A stretch of 64,000 nucleotides of DNA from Chrysomallon squamiferum. Its lineage: Eukaryota > Animalia > Mollusca. Position 1 is the first letter of the stretch. Every line of letters starts with the position of its first letter. The notes below the pieces were generated by a model that was given only the letters and a program-made list of their open reading frames with translations, was not told where the DNA came from and did not search any database. Of the stretch, positions 27,408 through 42,816 are shown piece by piece. The position numbers and the translations under genes are program-made. The stretch covers positions 27,218,001-27,282,000 of the forward strand of contig CM022671.1 of assembly GCA_012295275.1 (NCBI GenBank), in the 5' to 3' direction.

Positions 27408-27840
27408 TTTGGTTGCAGTGAAGTGCATCAACAGTTGTGTGTGTGTGTACAGGTAACCATCGGGAACAAGCGACTGGGAGAAACAATTACATCACACCAT
27501 CTGTGGCAGTGATAAGTGAAAAAGGTCACCACTGCAGAACATCAAAGGGAGTGGAAAGGTTTCATGTATGTACAACATTTAATTGAATATTCCAGCAGAG
27601 GAGAAAAACATGCATAATTTATAAAATCTGAACAATAAATGTTAATTGACTGTTACTTACTAAACAAACAAATAAATCTGCTTTTCATCAGTTCAACTAA
27701 GACTTTTATGTTATTGGTTATATGCGGTTTTTAAACAATAATGGAATTTACAAAGACAGTTTTGATTTTAAATAGATAATTATATTATCAGTGGTGATAT
27801 AAAGGCATGTTATATCTACATTTTACAAATTTGGTGAATT

Positions 27841-27875
<35 letters not shown>

Positions 27876-28874
27876 GATTATTATTATTATTGCAGCCATC
27901 ATTGAGAACTATGTTTATTGATTAACAACAAATTATTTGTATGTATACTTTCAACTTATAAACATACCTAGAATCTGAAAGAATATGAATAAATTTGAAA
28001 AAAGTACTGATAAATAAATAATGCCTTAATATGTCATAAATCATGGTTTTATTTTTAAAAGTGTAAGTAAAACCTGTTTTTAACAACACAAATTTGTCAA
28101 AACAAGCAATGAGACATTAGGGTATTTGAAGAAGATAAAGAAAAACCCACACCATGCTAATTATTACCATTTATAGATCTACATGTATATATTTACATCT
28201 CTTTAAGTTACAGATTCAAAACAAACATATTCACAAATTATATTTTCAAAAGTATCTTTAATAATTGATTATTTTTTTTAAAATACAAATAAAACATTTA
28301 ACAAAAATATATTTTTTTTTTTACACTTAAATTTATCTCCAATTAATATTATTAATATTACTACTACTACTACTGATGCCACTATTACTATTGTTATTAT
28401 TATCATCATTTCATCATCATTTTAACTATTAAACAATATATACATTATATAGTAATTTTTTTATCTTCTTTGCCTGGGTAAACTTGGACAATACTAAACG
28501 GTTCTCGAAACACTTAATAAGATCTCACCCATTAATGAACGTGGACCAGTGCAGCATTAAAATGACTGCGACTGATTAAGTGATTTACTCTCGTCTTTGT
28601 AAGTGGGATTAATGCCAGCGATCAAAGGATTTTTCTCACGTTCAAGGTGTTTATATTTACTGCATGAATAACAAGTAACCATTGGCCAGGTGGGGATGAA
28701 GAAAACGAGCGTGCAGGTTTTAGTCACCTTTTCACCAGGTGAAAACAATGACCATCACGAAGTGATACAACTCACAAAACTGAATTTGCATTAAGACTGT
28801 ACGAGTCTTAACACTGAAAGGTTACTGAAAACTGAGATAATGATGCATTTGTATTCATAGTGTACAAGAATTTA

Positions 28875-29072
28875 TATATATTGATATTGAAAGAGTAATA
28901 ATAAGGATGTTTGTTAGAGATATACTTGTGTGTTGATTGATTATCTGTATTGATAGCGCAAAAGACTTATTGATATTTTTGTTGATAGTCTAAGAGATAT
29001 TGGTGTTTGTTTTGATAATGCAAAATAATATTGGTATTTGTATTGATAATGTATGAGATATTGATGTGTGTG
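28875..29072. repeat. Degenerate ~28-bp tandem repeat
   Basis: Recurring gatattg(a/g)t.tttgt.ttgata. Confidence 0.65.
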
Positions 29073-30336
29073 AAAATTTTATTCTAATTAAAATTAATAT
29101 TTAAAAAATAACCTTTCAAGTAGACATTCTTAATAGCTAAAGTAAAAATAAAAATTGTTTATTTTAGAACTCAGAATAAAAAAATAAATAAAAAAATAAA
29201 TAAAATAATAACTAAATAAAAAAAAAAAAAAATAAAATAAAATAAAATAAAATAAAATAATAATAATAATAATAAATAATAATAATAATAATAATAATTA
29301 AATTATAAATAAATAAATATTGTTATTCTTTGTACCAAATATATGATTTCAAATTTTCTTTCATTAATTGTAATTAATTTCACACACTCTAACAATGTTA
29401 CACACATATATGTGACATACAGACATATATAACATGGGCTGATATCAATGCAGGACTGTGACATACATGAGAACAATGCTGATTGTGTTGCAGTAATGGG
29501 ACGAAATGACAAAATGACACAACAGTGACATAACATTGACAGTGACAACAGCTGCCATTTCTCATACAGAATGTGTGAATGTGAGAAAAGTGGAATTTAA
29601 TTAATTTTCTTTTCTGAATTTATTATGGACTTATTAAACAAAGAAAGAAAGAAAGAAAAGTTTGTGTGTTTGATGTAGTTTGTTTCAGAATGGATGAAAC
29701 AGTCACTGTTATTTGATTAGACTCTTACACACACACACACACACACATAGCTATAGGCATGCTTGTTTCAACACATATACACACAAGCATATGTATACCT
29801 TTATATATCAAGTACACACACACACCAACACACACACACATCCACACACACTCAAATATTCATCAATTTTAATTTAAATACCAAAAGCCGTACAGATGTG
29901 TCATATCATATAGTTAAATCAGCAGTAACCCAGATATTCTCGTATATCGACTACAGCCACAACATGTCAACGCCCAGGCTGTTGCAGTACACAGCACATT
30001 AAGCATGGTTAAAGACTGTTGTCGTTACGAGAACATTCTCAGCCGTTTATCACTGCGTCTGCCCAACACAGCCGTTGTCACGCTGTTACAGAGTGCAACA
30101 CAACATCATGTCAGCAGGTGTAGTTGTGGTCGATGATGTCAGTGTGGTTATAAAACTCCCGTGGATGAGGAAACGAGTCGAAGTTTTAATTTTCTGACAG
30201 GTTTATGACAATTTTGCATTTTGAGTCGTTGTGTCAGACTTGTTGTAGTGTGTTTTAAAGAATAAAACCTGAATTAGGTAAGAAAGTAAAACCACACAGA
30301 TTACTTCATGTTATTAATCTGAACTCTTCAAAGTAA

Positions 30337-30374
<38 letters not shown>

Positions 30375-30827
30375 TATCACACATACACAAAAACATAGAC
30401 CTTTAAACAAAATATATAATAAAAAAAAAATTAAAAATTAAAAATTAAAAATCCAAAATAATATACATTTCAAATGTAATTCACAATTTTATAAACTGAA
30501 GGAATATAAACAGGAGGTATTCACAAACACAAAAAAAAAATATCTGCATATTAACATCAGCATTTTTATCATATTCAGTGATATTAAATACACTTTCTTT
30601 CATAAATGGGAACAGTTAGATTTTTTCTGTTTAATTATTAAAACATAAAAATGTGATAACTCTCTTTAATCCTGCACCTATATTGCTACAAATGGCTGCC
30701 TAATTTACATGTCATATAATTTTATTTTATAGTCTCATAAATGTTTAAAATTAATAAATATTTATTATCCAACCGCTCATAAACAGATATATAAATTGTA
30801 CACTGAATATCTTCATATGCTATAGTT

Positions 30828-31066
30828 TATTATTATTATTATTATTATTATAATTATTTTTTATTATTAGTATTAATATTATTATTACTGTTGTTGTTGT
30901 TATTATCATTATTGTTGTTGTTGTTGTTGTTACTATTATTCTAAAATTTCTTCATATGTTACAGATTATTAATATTAATATTATTATTATTATTATTATT
31001 ATTGTTATTATTACATTTATTATTATTATTATTATGTTATTATTATTATTATTACTTACCACCACC

Positions 31067-31099
<33 letters not shown>

Positions 31100-31118
31100 G
31101 TTGTTATTTAGTATTATT
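30828..31118. repeat. Compound (ATT)/(GTT)/(ACC)/(ACT) microsatellite region
   Basis: Successive trinucleotide runs. Confidence 0.9.
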
Positions 31119-33470
31119 AAAACAGGATCCCTGTTAAATGGCTGTTTTCAGTGACAATTTGTTACAATAATACTGCCATTACATTTTATTATCTCAGACA
31201 AGAACATCAAACACAAACACTGTTTGGACTCAGATTTCCAGACACTTTAACAATTTTCAAATTTAATCAAATGGAAAGCTGACTTAATAGCATTAAAGCC
31301 ACACCATTTGCAGTTTCCATGGCATCACAATCTGCAATATTTACTGTAGTGTTACTGTTTCGTTTGTAGAATACTTATTTTATTTTTGTTCCTCAGTTCT
31401 GTGTTTGATCACTTAAAATTACGTGGGAGCTAAATAATTATAAATAAAATAAAAATTAGCACTATTTTCAAAAAAATTTCTTATGATGTATTTACTATAT
31501 TTAAAAAAAAAAAACAACAACCTATTTAAAATAAATGCCTTTAAAAAAAAAAAATAATAATAATAATAAACTGGGTCTTTTCTTTTATATGAGTAAAATA
31601 AATAAAAAATTAAATTTATAAGTTAAAAAATAATTTTAATAAATAAAAATTTAAAAAAAATACACCTTTCAAATAAATTAATCAATAAATCATTAAATAA
31701 ATAAATTGGTCTTTTCTTTTATATGAATAAAAAAAACCCAAAAACAAAAAAATCAAAATAAAAAAAAAAAAAAATAAAAAACAATTTAAATATAAAAATA
31801 AAAAAAAATAATCAATAAAAAACAATAAACAAAACCCCTAAAAGCATGTCATGGAGATAACAGATAATTTATTTATGCACATATATATATATGTTGTATA
31901 TATATATATATATTTTCTATACAAACTGTAAATAAAACTGATAATATATATGTGTCTATGTACGCATCTGTTGTTAAATATGTGTGTGTATGTTGTTTCT
32001 TTTTTTTTTACAAATTTAATACATAACTCTACAAAACAAGAAAGCTACAAAAACAAATAAAACAACAACAACAACAACATATCTAAGATTCTTAGTACGA
32101 CACAAGCAATGAACACAGACATAAATGTTACTTCTCAGATGATCAGAGGGAAGGATGGATGGTCTGACAGGTGGATTTTTTGGTAAATTTAACATTTACA
32201 CAGGCTGCCGTGGGCAGTGTTTAGTCTTTATTTCAACAACAACTGTTTCTAAGGACAGCGAGTGTAGCTAACTGGTGCCTTACTTAATCCCCGAGCAAAT
32301 ACCTCTATCCGAGGATCAACACATGACGACTTTGATCGGAGTTGTTGGCCCTGCCCTGACATGTGAGTGAGTAAGATGCACCTAACAAAAATGTCAAAGA
32401 AGATAGAAAGAGCGAGAATTCAAGTTAGGTCTGAAATAAATGGTGAATTTAGAAAACATGGCCAAAAAAAGGGTTAATCCTGAGGATTTGGATTTGTGTG
32501 TGGATTCAACAGAGGATAATACTGTTGTGGTAATCTGTTTAAAGTGTTAAAAAAAAAAAAAAAAAAAGGAGAAGAAGGAGAGTAGAAAATGGCATGGTTA
32601 TTTTTGAAATAGGATTGGATTAAAGTGTGGTTTAAAAAAAAAAGAGAAGAAAAAAGTTGAAAGAGTTTGTTATTTTTGGAAGATAACTGCATGGAGTAGG
32701 TTATAAAATTTAAAAACAAAAAAAAAAAGAGTTAAACTGATTGTTATTTTTACAAGAGGTTAGGATTATATAAAGAAATTTGAAAATATAAATATTAAAA
32801 ATTAAATAAAAAAATAGAATCATTATTTTTAAAAGACAGTTGGTTTTTATTTTGATATAAAAAAAAATAAGAGAAACAATAAAGAAAAATAAAAAAAAAA
32901 TTTATTTTTAACATTTTAAAAAATATTAACTTAAAACAAAAATGGAAAAATAAAAATATATAATATTTATTTTTAAAAAGATTTTTAAAACTATTAATTT
33001 AAAAAAAAAAAACCAAAAAAAAAATTGAAGGAAAAAAAAATTAAAATACTACTTATTTTAAAAAGAACTTTAAAACTAAAAACATACTTTTTTAAAAATA
33101 TGGCACTACTAGGGTGTTCATATTTGCTTGATAAATGCAAAAATACTGTGGACTATATCCTCATGGAGAAATGCTGTTTAAATAAAATGGAGCTGTAAAA
33201 TAATTTCTGGTGTGAGACCTATCTTAAATATGTCTCTTTGTAAAGTGTTTTCAAATATGACCTTTGTATTTGTTATTTCTAGTCCACATTAGTAGCGAGT
33301 CACATTTCAGAGAAGTCACGTATGTTTAGTCAGAGAACACAATACACATCTAGCAGAGCTCAGCAAATATGTAATTCAGAATGATGCAAATTAAAGGATT
33401 TATAAAATAAAAGTAATAGTAATAAATTTTGTATAAGTATTGTTATATGAGAACAATTTTAAATTTTACA

Positions 33471-33513
<43 letters not shown>

Positions 33514-34142
33514 TTATTATTATTTATTTATTTATTATTAAAATTATTTTTTGGACTTTATTATGTGCTGAAAATATGCATTTACCTACACACACATGCA
33601 ATATGATAAAATACATTTTAAGAATTTTAATGAAACATCAGTAGTATTACCAATATTTTTAAAAAAAGAGAAAGAAATATATATATACTGTTTTTCATAA
33701 ACTTAGGAGTTTTTTGAATATATTTTTACCCTTAACACCGCATGTCCCATGAGCCTGGAGTTGCCTGTATAGTAAATAAATATAAATAAATAAAAAAGAA
33801 AAAGAATAAAAACATATTCAGTGTAAGGGAAATAATTCAGTTGTCTTATAAATAGATAAGCCTTCCAGAGTTTCCCCCCTTGAATCACAATCTTTGAAAT
33901 ACGAATATTTATTTTTATTTTATATTTAGAAAATTATTTTCCATCAGCCGAAGAATTTAAAAAGGTAAAATGTTTTATTTGCAGTTCAATCAGTTATTCA
34001 TTATTATTTTTTTCTCGAAATGTTTTAAATAACATCTAACTATATCCTAATCTGGTTTGCAAAAAATTAAGATTTGCTTGGGAGAAGGGAGAGAACTCTG
34101 TTATGTTCCCGTTGTGGTTTGTTAAATTTATCGGCATTAAAA

Positions 34143-34173
<31 letters not shown>

Positions 34174-35001
34174 ATATTTGATTATTATTGAAAGTATTAT
34201 ACAAAACTAATATAAACTTCTTAAGCGATGTACTTTTACTGCAATAAATACTAGTTGGTAATAAATATTCTTTCATCTGTTTCAAACTATTCAAGATATA
34301 TTAATAAAACAAACAAATGCTTTTTTAAGCTATCACAGAACACCACTGAAATCACAATTAAAAAAAAAAAAAAAAAAAAAGTTTATTCTATTAACACTGT
34401 AAATAACACTGTAAATAATACAACAGTCTCTTTAATAAATATGTCACTTAATAACATCGAAATATTCTAATAATTTATTGTCTAAGTCATCATTTTGCAA
34501 ATGGTGTTAAAAGCAAATTATAAAATTTCATGTAAAAACATTAAAAAAAAAAAGGCAGTTTCATTAGAATTTTTCATTTTTCAGTGCCAGTCTGACATTT
34601 GCCTGAAAGATAAAACTAATTGTCATAGAGATTTTCTCTCTCTCAAAGTCATTTTTCTTTTTGTCACCCTCTTTACACCCTTACCCCTCAAACAACCCCT
34701 AAATAATAAATAATGATAAATAAAATAAAGGAAGAAGATAGCATAAAAAATACTGAATTATAATTTTATTTATTTATTTGTTTATTTATGTTTTTGTTAA
34801 TACACTAAAATTATTTTTAAAAAAACTCCACCTAAACAAACTGAAAACCACCAATAATATTGAACCAAAGAAAATGCAACCTAGCAGTGTGTAAATGTGT
34901 AATTTACAACATCAGTTATGATTATAATATTTTCAGTGTTATGACAAAATCTTATTGTTAAGGAGTTGATTCTTCTGCCTTTTTATTATTTTATATTAAA
35001 T

Positions 35002-35037
<36 letters not shown>

Positions 35038-37691
35038 TTATTTATAAAACAGTATAAACAATGATAAATAAAATTAATTTGTCAATATAATTCTTGGAGA
35101 GTTAATGAAATCCACCTTCTATTTATTAAATAATAAAAATAGTGGAAGAGAACAACAGGTACCAACCTTCTTTTTTTTTTTTTTTTTTTTTTAAATTTAT
35201 TATTAATCAATTTTCTTATGAAAAACAACATAATAAAAAAAAAAAAAAAAAAGGGAAAAATACAAAGAAAAAATATCTTTAAAACAATAAGAAAGAAGAA
35301 AAAAAAAAACAAACAAAAAAAAACATTCCAATAAACATAAGTGTATTGGAATAAAATAAGATAACAAGAAATCAAGGCTCATTTGTCTGTGTTTAGTGTG
35401 TTTCTCAAGTGCAAGGAGTTATAGTACAGACCTACCCTGGGATTAACACAAAAAAAAAAAAAAACTATAAAATTATGACAAAACATGAAAGTATTACTGT
35501 GAATTACAACAGTAAACTGGGTTTATAGCTCTTCACATGAAGCAACATTTTAAACATAAACACCGCCTGTATCATACCTCACACCAAAACTATTCCCCCC
35601 TGAGCAGATTTATCTGTGTGGGTCGCAACTCATACTTCTTGTGAATTGTTCGTCTATTGACAAAGGTAAAAATGGTCAAAAACACCATCGATTGCCACAT
35701 TAACATATCTTGTGTGTGATGACAATGCATGACGTCAACTGGAAGACGACATATTTGTTCTCTTTCAAACCACCATTACTCTCCCACACCACTAAACTTT
35801 CTTCTCAATAACAGGTCTCAATCCACACTTTTGTGACTTGCTCAGACAATTGATTGCTGGGAACCTTGGTATTAAAAAAAAATATATATATATATATATA
35901 TTCTTGAGTGTAGGACAAAATGTCAACAGGTTAAATGAAAGTGGTCAAACGATCATGGACAGAATGTCAATGGCCTAAATGTCATAGGTCAAAGCACTGC
36001 AGACCAAATGTCAACTGGCACAAACAGAAAATAAAATGTACACACTAAAAAAGTACCATCAACCAGTTATTTCAAATCTGAAAAATGTTCCAATACAACA
36101 CAGATTTCCCATGATAACCCATTCATGAAAACATTTTTTTTTTGCCAGGAACTAATCTTTGATTCAAAATATGAAAAGCTCCACTGGCTTAAAGCATCAC
36201 AGCATTTATGTACAGGTAGGTAGGTATACAGGATATGTATCTTAAATGACTTTAAATGATCTGCACTGATCTTCATCATTGAGATGTATATACACCATAC
36301 ACCAGTATCTAAAATTCAAGTAGAAGTAGAGGATAAGCAGGCATTGTATGGGTTTGATGAAAATGTGACACAATACATCAAGTATTCCATTACAACTTGA
36401 ATTGTTGAAGTCTGATAGTTGTATTGAAAGTGAAAATCATGGTCAGTGTAGCAGTCACTAAAGGATTTAACGAGTTCAGTTTTAAACTGCCATAGATTGT
36501 TTGTCAGCATTTTATTTCCATGTCATAAAAAATTCACAAATTTACAATGTTGATTAAAAATATTTCAGGTGACTTTTTAATTCAAATTCAAATTCACACT
36601 GTAACTTTAATTATCTCCCCTGCATGAAAGTGAAAAAATGTTGATAATTATCATTAATTTTTCATACATAACCAAAAACTGAATCCCCTCAAATCTTTTT
36701 TAAGTGGGGAAAAAAAAAGGCTTTTGATTAAAAATGGAAGTTGATGGCTTTTGACAGATTCTGTGTTACTTCTGTATAATCAAAGGCAGACATTTTGACC
36801 AACCTACCACAGTTAATGATGATTCACTTTAGTCATTAACAGTTTGTCCAGACATTTTTGTCTGCAGCACAAAAAAACCTTCCTAACTTCATACACCAAG
36901 TCTACATCTGCTTCTTTTATTTGACAATGATTTCAAACTGCAGGGACAATATAACAGTAGTGTAAAGTTTTCTATTCAAACTGAAAACTCTGTGATAATC
37001 CTTGAGGTCAAAAAAAAAAAAAAAAAAAGATTTAACACCATCTGCTTGAAGTTTCAACAATACTGACCTAGTATCAAGGTTTAAAAAAAAAAAATTAAAA
37101 TCTGTAGGTCAAATACAATGACCCATAAATGGAAACACTCATATGTGAGAGACAGACATAAAAAAAATTAATAAAAAATTAGAAAGACTGCATGCTGTTA
37201 TTGAGTAACATGGTGACATAGGACCTCAAGTCTTTTTTTTTTAAAATTCTTTTATGGCAACTTGTGTGTCTGCAGTTTGTATACCTGTCAAGCATGAAGC
37301 AATGCTTGAAACATGGAAAGATAAAAGTTATTGCTTCACATGGCCTCCATGACATTTTTCTGAACAGCCACCTTCAAATAAATGTCAGAGTACTCCTAGT
37401 TAAAGGCTGAAATACATTCCCTTGTCTGTCTGTACTCTCTATGTAAGTCCAGGATTGTTATTAAATTTGTGTCTTCTTTTACTAAACTGTGTTACATATA
37501 GTAATTATGAATCTAAAAATAGTTTAGGTATATGGGTAATGTGTTTGGATGGGGTAAACCTACATAATCTAAAATAATTCATTAGGAATTCAAATTCAAC
37601 AGTAAAAAAAAAAAAAAAAAAAGGTTATTTGTGTGGGTGACTGGGTAAGTTCATTTGAATCTCATAGGGGATTATGAATGTAATGTATTTT

Positions 37692-37763
37692 TATATTATG
37701 TGTAATATATTCAGATACATGTTATATATTATGTGTAATATATTCAGATACATGTTATATATT
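37692..37763. repeat. Perfect 33-bp tandem duplication
   Basis: tatattatgtgtaatatattcagatacatgtta twice, plus a partial copy. Confidence 0.9.
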
Positions 37764-38502
37764 TAACATGGAGGTGTGCATTTCTGTTTATGTGTGAAGT
37801 TGTCCATATGATTAATCCAAAAAAAAAAAAAACCTGGAGTAGATATGTGCAGGTTTAATGTCTCTGTCTGTGTGTATGAATGTACATACACAAAGTGACT
37901 GCCTTTTGTAAAATCCGAGAGAGTAGAAAAACATTCTACTTGATTTGCTAGACAAGTTTTTAAAAAGACATTATGTGGTTGGTTTGAATGCATATTCCTC
38001 CATGTATGCATGATAATGAGTACAGTCACTGCTCATTGTGAGAGGAACGAGGAATAAAAAAACATCCTCTTATATGCTTGGTGAGTTTTAAAAAAAGACT
38101 GTGTGCTGTTCTTTAGTGTCTATCATTGGAAGGTGGGCACAGCTTTGTGACTGTGCCTCTCAAAAGACAGCTCTTGTGAAAATGAATATTGGAGTATTTG
38201 ATATCTATACTTGTGTGTGGGATGTGCTGAGAATTTCTGTATAAATGTTTAGTTTTTTCTTTCATATTCTTTGTAATAAAGTTAATAACATCAAATAAAA
38301 AAATGAACAAATAAAATAAACAGTAAAATAAATTAATAAATAGTAATAATAATAATAATAATAATAAAGATTAAAAAATAAAAATAAAATTTAAACTAAT
38401 AATAAATAATAATAAAAAAAGATGAAAACAAACCATTCAGTATAACCTCTGATAAATTTTATATGAATTTATTTATCATATTATAATATTAACATAATCA
38501 AA

Positions 38503-38521
38503 CACACACACACACACACAC

Positions 38522-38562
<41 letters not shown>
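38503..38562. repeat. (CA)n microsatellite
   Basis: CA run with one interruption. Confidence 0.95.
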
Positions 38563-38567
<5 letters not shown>

Positions 38568-39817
38568 CACAGTTTGAAAAACAAACATAAACTACAGCTG
38601 ACAGCCATGAGTATTCATCAGTGCTGATCGTATTCGTTTTGTAAACATTTCACAGTCATAAACATCCAGTCTACAAGCCAGCTAAGTCCACATGAACACT
38701 TTTATGACATATGAATTTATAACACTCATTGCATGGATGACTGTATTGATTCTGTGTACCACAGAACACTGCACACAAAACTTCAAAGTGACAGCCTTCA
38801 ACACCCAGCTAATTTTATAGTCCTTTACATGATGAATATTTATATCCCCAGTGTCACATTAAGTAAGCTGTCATCATACAACGAGGAAACACTGTGATAG
38901 TGTCTACCCAGTGAACTGACATTTTGGCTGTCAAGTTTTGGGCTCAGAGATTTTCAGACTACAACAGTTTGGTCAGTCCTTTTTTTTTTTTTTTTTTTTT
39001 TTCAGACTATGTTGGAACATTTGTGTCAAAAATACCAGCAACACATTCCCAGAACATTGAAATTATTTTTGACAAATAGGAAGATGTATAACATCATTGG
39101 TGGTTCACCTAGTCATTACTGATTCTGATTATAATCTTTATCCTGTAAAAAAAATCATCCATTAATGTTTTAGATTAATCCAAATGATTTTCTGATGAAT
39201 TAAAAAAAAAATCTCTTTAGGCTCTTTATTTAAATGATACGACATATTTAAAAAATGTAAAACTCTTTATATACTGATTAGGTCTCATATTTCACCAAAC
39301 AACAACATGTAACTGTACACCAGACAGCATTTTCTAGCAAAAAGATAACAACAAAACAAATAACAGAATTATCCTTTCTGTACACATATTGTTTTATTCA
39401 CCACAAAAAGATAAAAATCCATCTTGCAAACATGTGTATCCATTTCCATTCACTGGTCCAAATTGCTTTGTGCTTTTCTGTTGACCTTCATTTGAAAAGA
39501 ATCAGTTTTGTCTTTCATGCAAACAAATATTGAGACATTTACTCAATAATCCAGGAGCCACTTAACAGCTAAAACTGAAGTGCTTGGCAACACTCTTTTT
39601 TGATACAGGTAACCTTTAGTCAAATACTTGAGTTAAGCTGCTTGATAATCAAACAAACGTGTTTCTACAAATACCATACTGATAAAAAAAGTATTTCTAT
39701 TTTTATTTATTTATTTTTTTTATTTTTTTTTTTTGTGTTGTAAATTTCTTGAAATAAACCTGCAGAGCTACATTTTTTTTTTAAACTGTGTGTTAATGTA
39801 TGTAAATGTGTATGTAA

Positions 39818-39818
<1 letters not shown>

Positions 39819-39884
<66 letters not shown>
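39819..39884. repeat. (TG)n microsatellite
   Basis: Pure TG run. Confidence 0.96.
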
Positions 39885-39885
<1 letters not shown>

Positions 39886-40007
39886 ATGACTGTGTGTGTT
39901 AGTTTGTTTTAGTGTACCTCTGTATGCTGGTGTAATTTATCAAAGTAAGGAATGTGTCTGTCACTGACAGAATGACTGGAAGACACTAAAATTACAAACT
40001 AGCAGAC

Positions 40008-40060
40008 GAAGGATGGCTTGATCCTGCAACAGCTCTAACCACTGGACTATAGCCACTCCT
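40008..40060 (-). mobile_element. tRNA-like SINE head fragment (internally deleted)
   Basis: Minus strand ggagtggctatagtccagtggttagagctgttgcaggatcaagccatcc has A-box-like and B-box-like motifs juxtaposed. Confidence 0.35.
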
Positions 40061-40496
40061 ACTTTTTACAAGAATAGACATATTTGTCATTTTCTGGACA
40101 GAATTTTCATATTTAATGTTAGCTTTATGAATGTTTGTCATGCAGACACCAGACAAACAGACATGTGTTTGACAAGCACAGAGTGTATTTAGATCTGTTT
40201 TCAAAGTCAACACGAGTTATTTAATACATGAACCCACACACTGGAAATATTTTAAAAAAAATCAAATTAAGTCAATAACATTAGAAACTTTACTTTGGTT
40301 TTAAAAGGGAAATAAAACTTGAATACGTATTTTGATTATTTGCTTCTAATTATTAAAAGTTATTTCATAAAAACAAAATCATTGGAGGAATTTTTTTTTG
40401 AAATTTATGCACAAAACATGTGCACATTATATACATTTTTATATTAAGACACATATAAGTATTTGTGTTATTAAATGCACAAACGCATGCATGCAT

Positions 40497-40532
<36 letters not shown>

Positions 40533-41249
40533 ACTTATATGCCTATATCTATCCATCAAAAATAAATACATATATATCTATCTGTTCATCTATCAATGTC
40601 TCCATCATTGAAACCATCAAATTATCTATACCTTCATTCATTCATCCATCCATCCATCCATCCATCAAAGCATTCTATATGCTGTGGGGGATATTTGTAC
40701 AATTGTAGATAATCCATCTTTATCTATCTGACTGTATTATTAAATACAGTAATCTGGACTTAAGACAAACATCCTGCTGATTTCTTTAGTTGAAGTTTTA
40801 ATCTAATTGTGTGTTATCTCGGTGTCAGTATTTACACACACTCTCAGACACCTCGCAATCAACACTCAGTGTATTTCACACTCAGAAAACTTCCTAAAGG
40901 CAGACAACTGTGACTCAGTATTGAAATACACAAAAGATTGTGCTGATTTTTAATTTTTTGTTTGTTTTAAAAGCAGATGTTTGAAATAACACAAATTTTG
41001 GCACAAACACATCAGAAAGTCAATATTTAAAACATTTTTTTAAAATATAAATGGTGTTATAATGTAGAAAATGATATTAATCTTTCTTCTTATTAATTTT
41101 TTTTTTTTCTTATTTTTTTATGAATACCAGTTTTGAAATTAGTTTTCAGTATCATATGATACAGTGTTGAAATTATTTGACTTATTTTTCATTTTTTTTA
41201 AAACTTGACACCTTAAATATTATTCTTTTTTTTAAATTCTTTATTCTAT

Positions 41250-41396
41250 CAGGACATGTTTCAGTCAGTGCAAGAGCTTTCAGTGAGAGGTCATGGGATC
41301 AGATCTTCTTTGTGCATATGTTAAATTAAACCCCATTCCACTTGACCCTCCTGTGATTTCTACATGTGAAACTGAATGTAAGAGTAACCCATGTCA
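41250..41396 (+). mobile_element. Highly degenerate SINE fragment
   Basis: gaggtcatgggatcagatc...ccccattccac...aagagtaacccatgt has motifs in the order expected for the family seen at 27185 and 45735. Confidence 0.3.
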
Positions 41397-41714
41397 AATG
41401 TAGTTTTTTTTCTATCATCATAAAGTAAAACAGACAACTGAACTAAACAAGTGTCCATTAATATTAAAATATTTTAAGTTTAAACAAATATTTATTAATT
41501 CCTTTTGAAGCTAATTCATTCACGTCAGTTATGATAAAGATGCCGTTTAAATGAAAATCAATAAGTATTTGAATAATAACACCTGACTAAAATTAAAACT
41601 ATTTGTGTACTGTACATGACACATGACACAGCTTATTAACAACCACCTGTTAAATAAATAAAATATTAAACCACATTCCATCATCCACTGTCACAGCAGA
41701 ATAAAATAATAATT

Positions 41715-41750
<36 letters not shown>

Positions 41751-42507
41751 AAGCTTCTATTCTTTACAACAAACGAACAATTTTTCATATAACATGTCCA
41801 CTTTTTCAGAGTCTATATTAAACAAAATATCCTTGAACGAAAATTAAATATTGAAAACCTTTTTTTCATCTTCTCATTACATGTTTATCTTTTGAAATGC
41901 ATAATCTCTGAAGAAACAGAGATCTGGCTGAACAAAATTCTTTTCAGTTCATTTTTCTCTTTGTCACATCATACGAAATTCGAAACCACCTTAAAAAGAA
42001 TTCTCGAATCTTTTCAAATTCTGTCTCGTCGCATTACATTTCGGTGTGCAGTGGAGCAGCGTTTGTTTATCTTTGACTGCACAGTTCCTGCCCATGTCTC
42101 CATCCGTCTTTGTTGACTGCTAAGCCTCTTACATTTGTACAGTTTTGCCTACAGTTTACAAACAGAAGCCAGTAAATCTTCAATCTCCATTCAGTCGCAT
42201 GCTACAGTAAAATAACATGTCAGTTTTAAGATGAAATTTTTTTTAATTATTATTCCCTGTGTATAAAAGCTCAAGCCCTGCTGACCGAATAACTCTTTAA
42301 TCTGAGAGTCTAGCTTCCTGGCAAACTCGCGTCTGCGATTCAGTTGTTGCATAAATGTAGCCACAAAGCCCACTAATTGTGAGCTCTAAGTCAGATATTA
42401 GTATGCATAACCCTGCTAACAACAGCAGTGTGCGACAATAATGCAGAACGTGTTAAGTAATAAATGAAAGAATGAAACAAGTGTGTATATACAGGCACAT
42501 ATAAATA

Positions 42508-42509
<2 letters not shown>

Positions 42510-42565
<56 letters not shown>

Positions 42566-42572
42566 CACACAC
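42510..42572. repeat. (CA)n microsatellite
   Basis: CA run. Confidence 0.95.
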
Positions 42573-42777
42573 ATGATAAGGGAACTCATTTTTTGAAATG
42601 ATTTGTTTTGGCTGCAGTCTTTGTATAATCAGAAATTTGAACAGAACCATCAGAATTTCTCAGTCACTTCTGAGTTGGGGGTAGACTGAGAATAGAAAAA
42701 TTATTTAAATTCAGCTGAATGTTTGAAATCAGCTGAAAAAAATATAACTTAATAACATTGTAAATATTAATAATAAT

Positions 42778-42808
<31 letters not shown>

Positions 42809-42816
42809 AATGATAA

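Noticed and set aside
42191-42373. Protein-like ORF GFVATFMQQLNRRREFARKLDSQIKELFGQQG
   Set aside because: No recognisable homology, not TTC28-like, and no convincing splice sites. It is better treated as part of a CpG-retaining island.
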